64,000 nucleotides of DNA from Candidatus Woesebacteria bacterium GW2011_GWB1_39_10 (GCA_000993205.1 LBVU01000003.1:85820-149819); one strand, 5' to 3'; shown: positions 26,178 to 36,062, counted from the first letter of the stretch. The notes: generated by a model not told the origin, from the letters alone. Translations and numbers: made by a program.

Positions 26178-28094
26178 CTATTCTACCACTTCACCCTCTT
26201 CAACTTTGGCGTCATCTTTCTTTCCATCCTCAGACTTCTTCCCTCCATTTTCACCCTCAGTCTTCTGGCTTCCGTCGTCTGTCTTCGCACCCTGATCCTT
26301 GTACATTGCTTCTCCAATTTTAGAAAGTTCTTCTGACAATTCTTTGGTCGCGGTTTCGATATCTTCCTTTGAAGAATCTTCTTTTCCTGCAACTTCTTTT
26401 ACTTTTTTGATTTTTTCTTCAACTTTTTCTTTTACGTCGGCCGGAACTTTGTCCCCGGCATCTTTAATAGATTTTTCAGCTGTGGCCACCATCGAATCAG
26501 CGGTATTTTTGGATTTGATAGTTTCAGCCTTCTTTTCATCTTCTTCTTTGTGTTTTTCCGCCTCTTCTTGCATGCGTTTAATTTCATCGTCGGATAAACC
26601 AACCGCGCCGGTAATTTTAATATTCTGGGTTTTCCCTGTCGCTTTATCTTTGGCTGTAACGGTTAGGATACCTGAGGCATCCATATCAAAAGTAACCTCA
26701 ACCTGCGGTACTCCACGTGGGGCCGGTGGAATTCCGTCCAATACAAAAGTCCCAAGAGTTTTGTTGTCTGCACTCATCGGCCTCTCGCCTTGAGTAACAA
26801 CTATTTGGACCTGCGTTTGGTTATCACTGGCTGTGGAAAATGTTTCGGTTTTACTTGTTGGAACTGTAGTATTTCTTGGAATCATGGGGGTGGCAATATT
26901 GCCCATTGTTTCAATTGCCAATGTTAACGGAGTAACGTCCAAAAGAAGAATGTCTTTAACCTCGCCTCCCAAAACTCCACCTTGAATTGCAGCTCCAATG
27001 GCCACGACCTCATCTGGATTAACTGATTGATTTAGATCTTTACCAAAAAAGTTTTTGACTGTTTCTACAACTTTAGGCATTCTGGTCATTCCTCCAACCA
27101 TAATTACCTCGTCTATATCGTGTGCATCAAGTTTGGCATCTTTCAAACAGGATTCAACCGGTTTAATTGTTTTTTGAATAAGGTCATCAACCAAGCTTTC
27201 CAATTTAGCGCGGGTTAATTTCATTGTTAAATGAAGCGGCGCGCCGTTATTCTGGGTTATATAAGGCTGATTAATTTCAACTTCATTCGCCGCGGAAAGC
27301 TCAATTTTTGCTTTTTCGGCGGCATCGCGAACTCTCTGAAGAGCTTGTGAGTCGGCTTTAAGGTCCACCGAATTTTCCTTTTTGAATTCAGAAACTATGT
27401 GGTCAACAATCACCGCATCAAAATCGTCCCCACCAAGATGGGTATCTCCATTTGTTGCTTTAACCTCAAAAACCCCGTCCCCAAGTTCCAAAACTGAAAT
27501 ATCAAAAGTTCCGCCTCCAAGGTCATAAACAGCAATTTTGTGAGCATTTTTTTTCTCCAGGCCGTAAGCAAGCGCAGCCGCTGTAGGTTCATTGATAATT
27601 CGCTCAACTTTTAGTCCCGCAATTTCACCGGCCTGTTTGGTGGCCTGACGTTGGGCATCGTCAAAATAGGCTGGAACTGTGATGACTGCTTTATCAACTT
27701 TTTCACCAAGATATTTTTCTGCATCAGCCTTAAGCTTCATCAAAATCCTGGCCGAAATTTCCTGAGGTGTGTAAGTTTTTCCTTCGACTTCAACGTCGGC
27801 CATGCCGCTTTTTCCCTCAATAATTTTATAAGGAACCATTTCTATAGTTCTTTTAACTTCTTTATCTTCAAATCTCCTACCCATAAGGCGCTTAACCGAA
27901 TAGATAGTATTTTTACCATTGAGGATCATCTGTCTCTTGGCAACGTCCCCAACTAAATTTTTAACCACCTCAACAATGGAGGGTGTAGTATTCCTCCCTG
28001 TATCGCCCGCGGAAATAACTTTTGGCCTGCCGCCTTCCATCACCGCAAGACAAGAGTTTGTCGTTCCTAAATCAATTCCGATTATTTTTGACAT
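26178..28094 (-). CDS. dnaK: Chaperone DnaK (Hsp70)
   Basis: '[15 protein letters not shown]', 'DLGGGTFD' and others. 638 aa. Confidence 0.95.
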   Translation of the reverse strand: MSKIIGIDLGTTNSCLAVMEGGRPKVISAGDTGRNTTPSIVEVVKNLVGDVAKRQMILNGKNTIYSVKRLMGRRFEDKEVKRTIEMVPYKIIEGKSGMADVEVEGKTYTPQEISARILMKLKADAEKYLGEKVDKAVITVPAYFDDAQRQATKQAGEIAGLKVERIINEPTAAALAYGLEKKNAHKIAVYDLGGGTFDISVLELGDGVFEVKATNGDTHLGGDDFDAVIVDHIVSEFKKENSVDLKADSQALQRVRDAAEKAKIELSAANEVEINQPYITQNNGAPLHLTMKLTRAKLESLVDDLIQKTIKPVESCLKDAKLDAHDIDEVIMVGGMTRMPKVVETVKNFFGKDLNQSVNPDEVVAIGAAIQGGVLGGEVKDILLLDVTPLTLAIETMGNIATPMIPRNTTVPTSKTETFSTASDNQTQVQIVVTQGERPMSADNKTLGTFVLDGIPPAPRGVPQVEVTFDMDASGILTVTAKDKATGKTQNIKITGAVGLSDDEIKRMQEEAEKHKEEDEKKAETIKSKNTADSMVATAEKSIKDAGDKVPADVKEKVEEKIKKVKEVAGKEDSSKEDIETATKELSEELSKIGEAMYKDQGAKTDDGSQKTEGENGGKKSEDGKKDDAKVEEGEVVE

Positions 28095-28147
28095 ATTTCA
28101 TATTGTCATCCTGGAGCGAAGTATCTACTTCGCGATAGGATCTTATT
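28095..28147 (-). promoter_or_regulatory. dnaK 5'-leader element with the same architecture as the infB leader
   Basis: mRNA strand: GTTAATAAGATCCTATC-GCGAAGTAGATACTTCGC-TCCAGGATGACAATATGAAAT-ATG. Inner hairpin at 28116-28133. A further ATCCT...AGGAT element lies at 28161-28182. Confidence 0.6.
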
Positions 28148-28175
28148 AACTTTTGATATGATCCTTCAACTTCGT

Positions 28176-28655
28176 TCAGGATAATTGTTTGCTAACAATC
28201 ACCTTCGCATGTCTTACTACATTACCATCTTTAAACTTCCAACCCGTAACAAGAACCTCTGAGATCATATTATCCATCTTTCCGTCAATTACTTCAATAA
28301 CTTCTTGACTGTTTTCGTCAAATTCACTTCCAATTTTAGGATTTATTTCTTCCAAACCTTCTTCAATAAAAACTTTTTTAAATTCCAAAATCGATATCGC
28401 AAGTCCGGAATCTTTTAGATGCTCCTGAGCTTTTTCTAACATGTCCATTATTGGCAGCAGTCTTGAGATTATGCTTAAAGACGAAAATTTTGTCCAAGAA
28501 ATTTTCTCTTCCTCAGTCCTTCGCTTTAAATTATCATAATCCGCCAAAGTTCTTGCCAGTTGGCTTTTCAGCTGTTCCATCTCCAAACTATTCGCTACCA
28601 GGGCTTTGACTGGCCAAGCTTTGCTTATTCGCTTTTCGCTTTTCGCTTTTTTCAT
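28176..28655 (-). CDS. grpE: Nucleotide exchange factor GrpE
   Basis: 159 aa, positioned between hrcA and dnaK, with a GrpE C-terminal pattern. Confidence 0.85.
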   Translation of the reverse strand: MKKAKSEKRISKAWPVKALVANSLEMEQLKSQLARTLADYDNLKRRTEEEKISWTKFSSLSIISRLLPIMDMLEKAQEHLKDSGLAISILEFKKVFIEEGLEEINPKIGSEFDENSQEVIEVIDGKMDNMISEVLVTGWKFKDGNVVRHAKVIVSKQLS

Positions 28656-29413
28656 TGGTTTGCAACTTCCTCAATTAAATTACCAAAATATCTCAAAATC
28701 GGAATGACTGACGCATAGTCTGCTCTGGCGGGGCCAATCACTCCAAGGGCCCCAGGCTTTCCTTTTATACTAAAATGTGTCGAAATTATTCCCGACGTTG
28801 CCAGTTCCGGCATTCCTAATTCTTCACCAAACAAAACTTCCAAGGGTGAAGTAGACTGGAATCCAAAGAAAAGCCTGTCTAGTTTATCAAACTCATCAAA
28901 AATTGAAAATAGATTCTGACAAGCTGCCATTTCTGCAAACTCAGGATTATTAAAAACATAGGAATGTCCAGCCTGCCAAAAGCGGTCCCTCGCCCCGCGA
29001 AGCCCATTGGGTGAAGTGGGGTTTTTTAGTGCCGCTATCGCGAGGGAGCGTGTCCGACTTGCCAAGGCGTGTGTTGCCTCGTCCATGAGTTCGTCGATAT
29101 CGTCCCGAGAGTCCCAAACTTCCTCTTTAGCTTTGACTTCATCGACCAAGCTCATTTGTTTTTCTTCCATAAGTTGATTTATATAAAATTTCATCGCAAG
29201 CGGCGACGGAATTCTTCCTGCTGAGGTATGGGGTTGACGGAGGTAACCGGATTTTGTCAGCGCAACCATTTCGTTTCTGATTGTTGCCGGGGAAACTCCA
29301 AGATTATATTTTTTGTCGAGTGCGTCACTTCCCACAGGTTCGGCAGTTTCGATATATTCATCAATAATCGTCTTTAATATTTGGGTTTGACGGGAAGTAA
29401 GTGAATCAGTCAT
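28652..29413 (-). CDS. hrcA: Heat-inducible transcription repressor HrcA (short)
   Basis: 'LTSRQTQILKTIIDEYIETAEPVGSDAL' N-terminal wHTH. hrcA-grpE-dnaK-dnaJ order. Carries an in-frame GC-rich repeat insertion (29001-29032). Confidence 0.85.
   Translation of the reverse strand: MTDSLTSRQTQILKTIIDEYIETAEPVGSDALDKKYNLGVSPATIRNEMVALTKSGYLRQPHTSAGRIPSPLAMKFYINQLMEEKQMSLVDEVKAKEEVWDSRDDIDELMDEATHALASRTRSLAIAALKNPTSPNGLRGARDRFWQAGHSYVFNNPEFAEMAACQNLFSIFDEFDKLDRLFFGFQSTSPLEVLFGEELGMPELATSGIISTHFSIKGKPGALGVIGPARADYASVIPILRYFGNLIEEVANQ
29001..29032 (+). repeat. GC-rich repeat family, copy B (inside hrcA, translated in-frame as NPTSPNGLRGA)
   Basis: 'CGCCCCGCGAAGCCCATTGGGTGAAGTGGGGT'. Confidence 0.7.
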
Positions 29414-29440
29414 TTAGCAGTATCTTACCTCGAGTGCTAA
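29414..29440. promoter_or_regulatory. CIRCE-like operator TTAGCAGTA-N9-GAGTGCTAA abutting the hrcA start
   Basis: Right half is a perfect GAGTGCTAA; left half matches 7/9. The N9 spacer (GAGGTAAGA on the mRNA strand) carries the only SD-like sequence for hrcA. Confidence 0.75.
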
Positions 29441-29480
29441 CAGTTGTCAAGGGGTAGCACCAGTCGGCGCACCCCGCAGA

Positions 29481-29523
29481 CCCCGCGAAGCCCTGAGCGT
29501 AGTCGAAGGGGCGAAGTGGGGTC
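29481..29523 (+). repeat. GC-rich repeat family, copy C (expanded; intergenic upstream of hrcA)
   Basis: 'CCCCGCGAAGCCCTGAGCGTAGTCGAAGGGGCGAAGTGGGGTC', flanked by related 'CACCCCGCAGAC' and 'CCTCGCAGACC' fragments. Confidence 0.7.
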
Positions 29524-29652
29524 AAGAGCCGTTTAGCTCCTCGCAGACCTTGAACGAAACCGAAGGATAAAGCGCTGATTTAGACAATACCCAACAGAAA
29601 TCCACCCGACCTTGACAAACCTTAGATTAATCTATAGACTAATCTTACTACT

Positions 29653-29922
29653 ATGTTGATACCTACGACCAAAAACGTAAAAACCATTACAGACATGCGG
29701 GAGGACGCTTTAGGTCTTCTTGAGCTTGTGCAAAAAAATGGCCTTGCCTATATCTTCCACAGATCCCAACCAAAAGCGGTTTTGATGAACATAGAAGACT
29801 TTGTTGCCCTTCAAAATGCGGCGGAAGACTTAGAGGATTACATGGCAGTTCAGGAGTTAAAGAAAGAGCCCAGAGGCAAAGGAATTCCAATAGAGGAAAT
29901 TGCCAAAAAGTATGGCCTATAA
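29653..29922 (+). CDS. Phd/YefM family antitoxin
   Basis: 'TITDMREDALGLLELVQKNGLAYIFHRSQPKAVLMNIEDF' Phd/YefM fold pattern. Overlaps the toxin gene by 23 nt. Confidence 0.75.
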   Translation: MLIPTTKNVKTITDMREDALGLLELVQKNGLAYIFHRSQPKAVLMNIEDFVALQNAAEDLEDYMAVQELKKEPRGKGIPIEEIAKKYGL

Positions 29923-30175
29923 AGTCATTGTCACCAAAAAAACTGACAAACAGCTACAAAAACTTTCAAAAATTGACGTAAAAAGAATCGTCGAAAAAAT
30001 CCTTAGACTTAGTTATCCGTTTCCTTCAAATTACGATATCAGTAAAATGGCCGAAGCTCATGATTATTTTAGGTTAAGAGTCGGAACAATTAGAACAATA
30101 TTTGAAATTGACCATGATAGAAAAGAAATCTGGATCAGAAAAATTAAATACCGAGGCCAAGTCTATAAAAAATAG
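29900..30175 (+). CDS. RelE/ParE family toxin
   Basis: 91 aa basic protein immediately downstream of and overlapping the Phd/YefM antitoxin. Confidence 0.7.
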   Translation: MPKSMAYKVIVTKKTDKQLQKLSKIDVKRIVEKILRLSYPFPSNYDISKMAEAHDYFRLRVGTIRTIFEIDHDRKEIWIRKIKYRGQVYKK

Positions 30176-30176
30176 T

Positions 30177-31877
30177 TTATTGTTCCTGCGTATCTGTAGT
30201 TGTGGGGCTTACCGGCTCCTGCTCTTTATCGGAAATGCGCGGAAGCATTCGTCTGGTTATCAATCTCTTTACAATAGTTAAGAAATAGCCAGCCTCTGCT
30301 ACTTTTAGAATAAGCGAGACTCCGATATAAATTGCCATTCCGATTAAAAAGGTGACAACCGTTAAGATCAGCAAGTTTCCTGCGTAACGTGTATCGAGAA
30401 CAAATTTTTCAAATGGAATTGATGTAACCTGTTTTAGCCAATACCATCTGTCGAAAAATTTGATTAGGAAAAACATTGAAAATCCGGAAATTACAGTCGC
30501 TACAAAAATTTTGGAGAGATGTCCAAAAAATCTCAATCCGATTAACTCACCAACCTTCTTGTGAATAAGAACAGATAAAATTACGGCCTCAATTATAGTG
30601 CTAAAGGAAAAGGATGCGGCAAGCGCCCAAACAGGAAGTCCAAAACCCTTCACCAAAAGAAAATCCCCCGCGATTAAAAGACCAAGGCCTATAAAGGAAA
30701 TTTTAACCGGGGTTTTTGTATCATGAAGCGCAAAAAATGCGCGGGCTAAAATCGACATCAGGGTTTGCGATACAATCCCTACCGCATAAACCGAAAGGAC
30801 CATTCCGGTTTGTACCGTTGCCTCCCAATCGAAAATCTTTGTTCCATAGACAAGACGTACTATTGGAATCCTAAGTATAATGAGTGCTATAGAAAGAGGT
30901 AGTGTAAAAAATATTGCCTGGAAAATCGCAGTCAGAAGGATTCTTCTGTACTCCTTTAGGTTTCCGTCTGCGCGTGACAAAAGCGGTAAAACCGCCTTTG
31001 CAAGTGAGGTTCCAAAAAGAGTCACCGGCAAAAGCTGCAAGGTATTAGCAAATATGTAATATGTATAAGAGGCCTGAGAAATAAGAGACGAAAGAAAGAG
31101 TTCGGTGGTTTTGCCCACCTGATCAAAAGTTAAGTCTATTACACGGGGAAGGGCTAAGATTCCGACCTTTTTAACTCCTACGTCGGGCTTAAAATCCCAA
31201 ACAAACCGAAAACCGAGTTTGCGCGATAACGGGAACTGAACCATAAAATGGGCAAAGGCTCCGATTACAACTCCAACAGCCGGAGCTAAAAGCCCCAAAT
31301 AAGGTGTAAGCAGTACCGTTCCTAAAATTATGCCAATATTGTAGAAAAGCGGAGCCAGTGCCGGCACTAAAAATCTTCTTAAACTTTCCAAAACGCCAGT
31401 TAAAACATAACTTATGACAAAAAAACCCTGAGCGGCAAAAAGAATTCTGGCAAGATTCGCAATTTGGGCAGTTTCCCCGTTTTTATAACCTGGCGCTATA
31501 ACCGAATAAATTTGAGGCGCCCAAATGGCTAAAATGATTGCGGTAAAGCCAAACACCAATAGGCCTATCGTGACCACTCGTCCGGCAATTTCCCAAGCTC
31601 TTCTTTGGCCTTCCCTCAAGGCTTTTGTAAAAACCGGAATAAAGGCAGATGAAAATGTTCCAAAAACCAAAACCTCGAAAATCGCATCAGGTAAACGAAA
31701 GGCTGCGAAAAAGAGCGAAAGATCGCTTGGAGCAAAATAATTGGCCAGCACCCTCTGTCTGACCAATCCCAAAATCCTGCTTGCAATAATCATTGTCATT
31801 ATAAGAGTTGCTGCCGAAAGAACTGTATTTTGCTGAGAATTTAAAAGTTTTTTGCCCTTTGCGATTAAATCATTCAT
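30177..31877 (-). CDS. murJ: Lipid II flippase MurJ/MviN
   Basis: 'MNDLIAKG...TLIMTMIIASRILGLVRQRVLANYF...FRLPDAIFEVLVFGTFSSAFIPVF'. Start placed at 31877. The longer ORF to 32165 overlaps rpsT on the other strand and is rejected. Confidence 0.8.
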   Translation of the reverse strand: MNDLIAKGKKLLNSQQNTVLSAATLIMTMIIASRILGLVRQRVLANYFAPSDLSLFFAAFRLPDAIFEVLVFGTFSSAFIPVFTKALREGQRRAWEIAGRVVTIGLLVFGFTAIILAIWAPQIYSVIAPGYKNGETAQIANLARILFAAQGFFVISYVLTGVLESLRRFLVPALAPLFYNIGIILGTVLLTPYLGLLAPAVGVVIGAFAHFMVQFPLSRKLGFRFVWDFKPDVGVKKVGILALPRVIDLTFDQVGKTTELFLSSLISQASYTYYIFANTLQLLPVTLFGTSLAKAVLPLLSRADGNLKEYRRILLTAIFQAIFFTLPLSIALIILRIPIVRLVYGTKIFDWEATVQTGMVLSVYAVGIVSQTLMSILARAFFALHDTKTPVKISFIGLGLLIAGDFLLVKGFGLPVWALAASFSFSTIIEAVILSVLIHKKVGELIGLRFFGHLSKIFVATVISGFSMFFLIKFFDRWYWLKQVTSIPFEKFVLDTRYAGNLLILTVVTFLIGMAIYIGVSLILKVAEAGYFLTIVKRLITRRMLPRISDKEQEPVSPTTTDTQEQ

Positions 31878-31932
31878 ATCTGGTTGATATTCTAGCCTCT
31901 TTATCGTATACTCACAATCACAAAACAAAGAT

Positions 31933-32229
31933 ATGCCGGTAACAAAAACAGCCAAAAGGGCCCTAAGGGGAAGTAGGGTCAAAGAATCCATAAATAAGCT
32001 TATTATCAGTAAGCTTGAAATTGCTGTCCGCAAGGCAAAAAAATCCAAATTGGAAAAAGACGTCAGAGTGGCCTCGTTCTTGTCCGACCGCGCCGCCAAA
32101 AAGAGGGTGATCCACAAAAATAAGGCAGCCAGAATAAAGTCGCAGATGGCAAAACTTTTGGTCAAGAAAACGGAAAAGAAAGAAGTTAAACCTAAAGCCC
32201 AAAAATCTTCAAAGGCTCCAAAAATTTAA
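31933..32229 (+). CDS. rpsT: 30S ribosomal protein S20
   Basis: 'MPVTKTAKRALRGSRVKESINKL...IHKNKAARIKSQMAKLL'. Confidence 0.85.
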   Translation: MPVTKTAKRALRGSRVKESINKLIISKLEIAVRKAKKSKLEKDVRVASFLSDRAAKKRVIHKNKAARIKSQMAKLLVKKTEKKEVKPKAQKSSKAPKI

Positions 32230-32285
32230 CAGCTTCTTTCACTCCTTTTCATATGCTATATTGAATACAAGTAGATCTTGTTGTC

Positions 32286-32819
32286 ATGCCCAAAAATAAA
32301 TCAATCAATTTATTGCCTCAAGAAGAATTTGAAGCCTCTACTATCGGTCGTGTGTTAAAGTGGGCCACTGGAACTTTTAGAATTATTGTCATAATAACAG
32401 AGATGGTGGTTATGGCCGCATTTCTTTCGCGCTTTTGGCTGGATGCGCAAAATTCAGATTTGACCGATTCTATTAAGATTAGAAGCGCTCAAATATCCGC
32501 TCAGGGAGACTTGGAAAAACGCTTCAGGGAAATTCAAACCAAACTGGACATTTTCAAAGCCCTCGCCTTAATACCCAAGCCCGGTGACAGGGTGGAAAAT
32601 GTCACATCAAAAACCCCAACCGACGTTATTCTCTCCTCAATGGCGGTCCAGGAAAATTCCATGTCCATAAAAGGAACCGCTTCTAATGAACTGGCAATTG
32701 CGCAGTTTGCAAGCAATCTTAAAAATGAACCTTCTTTTAAAAAGGTCGAACTTAATTCAATTAACTCGTCTGAAGACAATTCAGGATCAACAATTTTTAT
32801 GATTAAAGTTTCGTACTAA
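32286..32819 (+). CDS. pilN: Type IV pilus assembly protein PilN-like
   Basis: 'INLLPQEEF' start, single TM, coiled region. 177 aa. Confidence 0.65.
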   Translation: MPKNKSINLLPQEEFEASTIGRVLKWATGTFRIIVIITEMVVMAAFLSRFWLDAQNSDLTDSIKIRSAQISAQGDLEKRFREIQTKLDIFKALALIPKPGDRVENVTSKTPTDVILSSMAVQENSMSIKGTASNELAIAQFASNLKNEPSFKKVELNSINSSEDNSGSTIFMIKVSY

Positions 32820-32824
32820 CAAAA

Positions 32825-33478
32825 ATGGCACTTGGCTGGAGGGGATCATACCTGCGTTATAGAGAATATTTCTTAAACATCATGTCTCTTTACAAAAAAA
32901 GGGCTGAGGTCCGCGCGTTTCTCGAAATTATACTTTCTCTCGTTACTATCACAATATTTCTTACCTTCGCGCTAAAGCCGACAGTATTAACAATTATAAG
33001 TCTGGTTCAACAAATTCAGGAAAAAAAGACCACGGTTGCCGCCCTTGATCAAAAAATAAAAAATTTGAAGACGGCTGTGGCGGTTCTTGCACAAAATGAG
33101 GCGGCCGCGGGGGATGTTGATTTTGCAATATCGTCACAGGCAAACTTTGATGCTGTCTCAAAACAAATTCAGGGGTTGGCGATTAAAGATTCTGTAACCA
33201 TTTTGGGACTTTCTATTGGCCAAACGATATTGGTCGGGGTTGACGCATCCGTAAAGAAAAGCTCCGATTACAAGCCAATACCGGGGAACCCGGGAGAAAT
33301 GCCCATCTCCTTAAGCATCAAGGGGACTTATTTCGATATTCTGTCCTTTGTTAAAGATTTCGGCAACTTGAGAATTGCAATTAAAATTGATAGTTTAGGA
33401 ATTAATTCTTCCCAAACCGACTCCGGACAAGTTATAGTGGCAGTGGTCGCAGGCAGAGTTCCTTATTTGAAAAATTAA
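32825..33478 (+). CDS. pilO: Type IV pilus assembly protein PilO-like
   Basis: 217 aa. N-terminal TM then coiled-coil. Immediately follows pilN. Confidence 0.55.
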   Translation: MALGWRGSYLRYREYFLNIMSLYKKRAEVRAFLEIILSLVTITIFLTFALKPTVLTIISLVQQIQEKKTTVAALDQKIKNLKTAVAVLAQNEAAAGDVDFAISSQANFDAVSKQIQGLAIKDSVTILGLSIGQTILVGVDASVKKSSDYKPIPGNPGEMPISLSIKGTYFDILSFVKDFGNLRIAIKIDSLGINSSQTDSGQVIVAVVAGRVPYLKN

Positions 33479-33479
33479 T

Positions 33480-33770
33480 ATGAAAACACAGAAGATTCCG
33501 AATATCGTAATCATACTTGTATTAACACTCATTACTGTAATTATGTGGATATCGCTAACTATTTACGGAGCCTTAACATCAAAGCCACCCATTGTCGTTC
33601 CGAAAGAAGTATCTCAACCCATTACCCCGGTTTTAGACAAAGATACTTTAAATCAAATAGAATCGCGGATCTTTTTTAATGATTCCGAAATTCCGGATAA
33701 TGTAATTGCCACCAAAATTACGTCTTTACCCAATCCAGATTCGTCGCCATCTGCCACACCATTACCTTAA
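33480..33770 (+). CDS. Small membrane-anchored protein (pilus-cluster associated)
   Basis: 96 aa, N-terminal TM, Pro-rich tail. Function unknown. Confidence 0.45.
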   Translation: MKTQKIPNIVIILVLTLITVIMWISLTIYGALTSKPPIVVPKEVSQPITPVLDKDTLNQIESRIFFNDSEIPDNVIATKITSLPNPDSSPSATPLP

Positions 33771-33779
33771 TTATTAAAA

Positions 33780-35081
33780 ATGATCAAAAAAAATAAAATA
33801 CCAACAATTTTAGGCATTATTATACTTCTTGCCGGAATTTTTGCCGGGGTCTTCTTTTTGGGCATGAATCAAGTTTTTAAAATTGGGGCAGATAGTTCCA
33901 TCGCTCCAAAAGATATTCGTATAAGTAATATTGACAACAGTTCCGCAACTATATCGTGGATCACAGATAAAGAAACTTTTAGTTTTGTTTCTTGGGGAGA
34001 GGGTCAAACGTCGTTAAACAAAATTGAAAGGGAGGGAAACGAAAAACTCTCAATTCATACCATTTCACTCACGGGGCTCAAACCCGGCACTAAATATTTC
34101 TACAAAATAAATTCCGGCGGAACGATGTTCGATAATAAAGGAATTCCGTGGCAGTTTTCTACCGGACCGGATTTGGGAATTAATCAGAAAGGTTTTCTTA
34201 TATCGGGCTCTGTCATAAACGCTTCCGGAGAACCGGAAAGGGAAGTCCTTGTCTATATAAATATCGACGGATATCTTCTTTCTACACTAACATCAAACAC
34301 GGGAAACTTTGTTTTTCAATTAGGGTCGGTCAGAACTCAAGATCTGGCCGACTATGCGCAAATTGACAAAGCCCAAACACTGCTACAGATTTCGGTTCAA
34401 GCGGGAGACCACGGGGTCGCTTCTGCGCAGATTTTTCCCCAATCTGCCAACCCCGTTCCACCCATGGTCCTGGGGCAGGTCTATGATCTAAGGAGTCTTC
34501 AGCCTTCCGAAAGTGGCCAAATTCCAACTGCAAACTTAAGCCTCCCGGAAGATGCAACAAAAGAATCAAAATTTTTTATCCCCATAGCAACGGGTTCTCC
34601 TACCCCGACCAGTGTAATACTGGAAAGCCTCAATGAAGGAGAAATTGTAACGAATTCCCGACCGGAATTTTTTGGCCGTGGCCCGGGAGGAGAAAAAATC
34701 ACCATTACAATTCAATCAGATCCGATTTCGCAAGATATGTTTATCGCCAGTGACGGCACTTGGACGTTTAGCGCACCAGTCGATTTAGGGGCAGGCGCTC
34801 ACTCAATTACAATTTCTTGGATTGATTCAAACGGAATAACCAGAACCCTTACCAGAAACTTCATTGTCCAAGCCAGTGAAAATCCTGCTTTTACTGCATC
34901 TGATTCAGGAATATTCCCCTCACCCAGCGCTTCTCCGGGGGCAACACCCACCACAACACCAACCGCCTCCCCTAAACCAATTCCGGTTACTGGTGAAACA
35001 GCGCCCACTCTTATATTGTTTGCGATAGGTGTAGCAATAATGATTTTCGGCACCTTTATCTGGAAAATGTCTGAAAATTAA
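33780..35081 (+). CDS. Surface protein with Fn3-like and Ig-like domains and an LPXTG-like C-terminal sorting signal
   Basis: 'ISNIDNSSATISWIT...LKPGTKYFYKI' Fn3/PAP-N-like. C-terminus 'IPVTGETAPTLILFAIGVAIMIFGTFIWKMSEN' reads as sortase motif + hydrophobic segment + charged tail. Confidence 0.6.
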   Translation: MIKKNKIPTILGIIILLAGIFAGVFFLGMNQVFKIGADSSIAPKDIRISNIDNSSATISWITDKETFSFVSWGEGQTSLNKIEREGNEKLSIHTISLTGLKPGTKYFYKINSGGTMFDNKGIPWQFSTGPDLGINQKGFLISGSVINASGEPEREVLVYINIDGYLLSTLTSNTGNFVFQLGSVRTQDLADYAQIDKAQTLLQISVQAGDHGVASAQIFPQSANPVPPMVLGQVYDLRSLQPSESGQIPTANLSLPEDATKESKFFIPIATGSPTPTSVILESLNEGEIVTNSRPEFFGRGPGGEKITITIQSDPISQDMFIASDGTWTFSAPVDLGAGAHSITISWIDSNGITRTLTRNFIVQASENPAFTASDSGIFPSPSASPGATPTTTPTASPKPIPVTGETAPTLILFAIGVAIMIFGTFIWKMSEN

Positions 35082-35084
35082 TCT

Positions 35085-36062
35085 ATGACTACTAAGCAGT
35101 ATGTTTTTGTCGTTGCCATCTTCGTGTTAAGTGTCCTTGCCTCGTTTTATTCAGGATATTTTTTGAAGGATTTGCTTATAAAAGCTAATGTTGGCACTGA
35201 CACAAGCCAGTCAAATTTAAAGCCTTATTTTAGCGATGAAATAATTCTCATTTCTAAAAACAAACCCCACTATACTTTAATTGCTTATTCCTCGAGATCT
35301 TCAAAAAAAAATCTGTTATTTTCTCAGACGCAAAGGGTGTTTTTTTTCGACGGTAACCGGTGGCAAAAAAAATTTTTTAACACAGACTCCAAGGAATCTG
35401 AGATCGCAAAAACACCAATAATCCCAAGCTGGAACATCGAGGTTGATCCAACCCTTGTATTAAAAGAGAGAGTTGGTGGCGAAATACAAATAGATAGTAA
35501 CAAAATCGGGTTTGACGTCCCGGAGATTGATAATGAGCTGGGAATTAGGAGTCAGGAGGACTATACAATTTTTAGATCAGAAGCTACAGGAAAATTAATT
35601 GTTAATGGTAAAGAGTATGAAAGCTACGTCTTGTATAGCAGAACATATTCCTACTCTGTTTCAATTGATCTGGTTAGAATAACCGATCCACTTGGAATAA
35701 ATACAGATTGGGTTGCTTTTTGGGACAACGAAGGCAATTTTTACAACGTCGATAAAACATCAGTAGACGATAACTACAAAGGCGTATATAAATCACATTC
35801 AATTGCCGTCTTAAAAGACAATCTCGGAAGAGTGCAAAAGTCCTTTTCTTTGGCCATCAAGAAGAAATCAACCACGGGTTACATTGTTGATATTACGGAT
35901 GGAATCAATAGGTCAATTGATGTCAACATTTTGAATTCCACGGACAAGAATGAGGTATCTTCACCATATATTTGGGCGACAGGACAAGTCGAAGGGGAAG
36001 TTGTTGCCAATAATGGGAAACGGATAAAAGGATTTGGTATTTACGAACAGCTGTATCAATAA
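35085..36062 (+). CDS. Hypothetical membrane-anchored protein
   Basis: 325 aa, single N-terminal TM. Confidence 0.5.
   Translation: MTTKQYVFVVAIFVLSVLASFYSGYFLKDLLIKANVGTDTSQSNLKPYFSDEIILISKNKPHYTLIAYSSRSSKKNLLFSQTQRVFFFDGNRWQKKFFNTDSKESEIAKTPIIPSWNIEVDPTLVLKERVGGEIQIDSNKIGFDVPEIDNELGIRSQEDYTIFRSEATGKLIVNGKEYESYVLYSRTYSYSVSIDLVRITDPLGINTDWVAFWDNEGNFYNVDKTSVDDNYKGVYKSHSIAVLKDNLGRVQKSFSLAIKKKSTTGYIVDITDGINRSIDVNILNSTDKNEVSSPYIWATGQVEGEVVANNGKRIKGFGIYEQLYQ

Noticed and set aside
26299-26793. 164-aa Ser-rich ORF and other ORFs antisense to dnaK and dnaJ (25364..25636, 25677..25898, 27651..27956)
   Set aside because: They lie antisense within highly conserved chaperone genes, are low complexity, and have no start context.
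29441-29652. Possible tmRNA or other structured ncRNA in the GC-rich hrcA-upstream spacer
   Set aside because: No tRNA-like acceptor/T-arm ends and no plausible tag ORF ending in a hydrophobic tripeptide. The GC-richness is better explained by copies of the 29-bp repeat family.
31878-32165. N-terminal 96-aa extension of the murJ ORF
   Set aside because: It overlaps rpsT (S20, clear homology) on the opposite strand. MurJ homology starts at the internal ATG at 31877.
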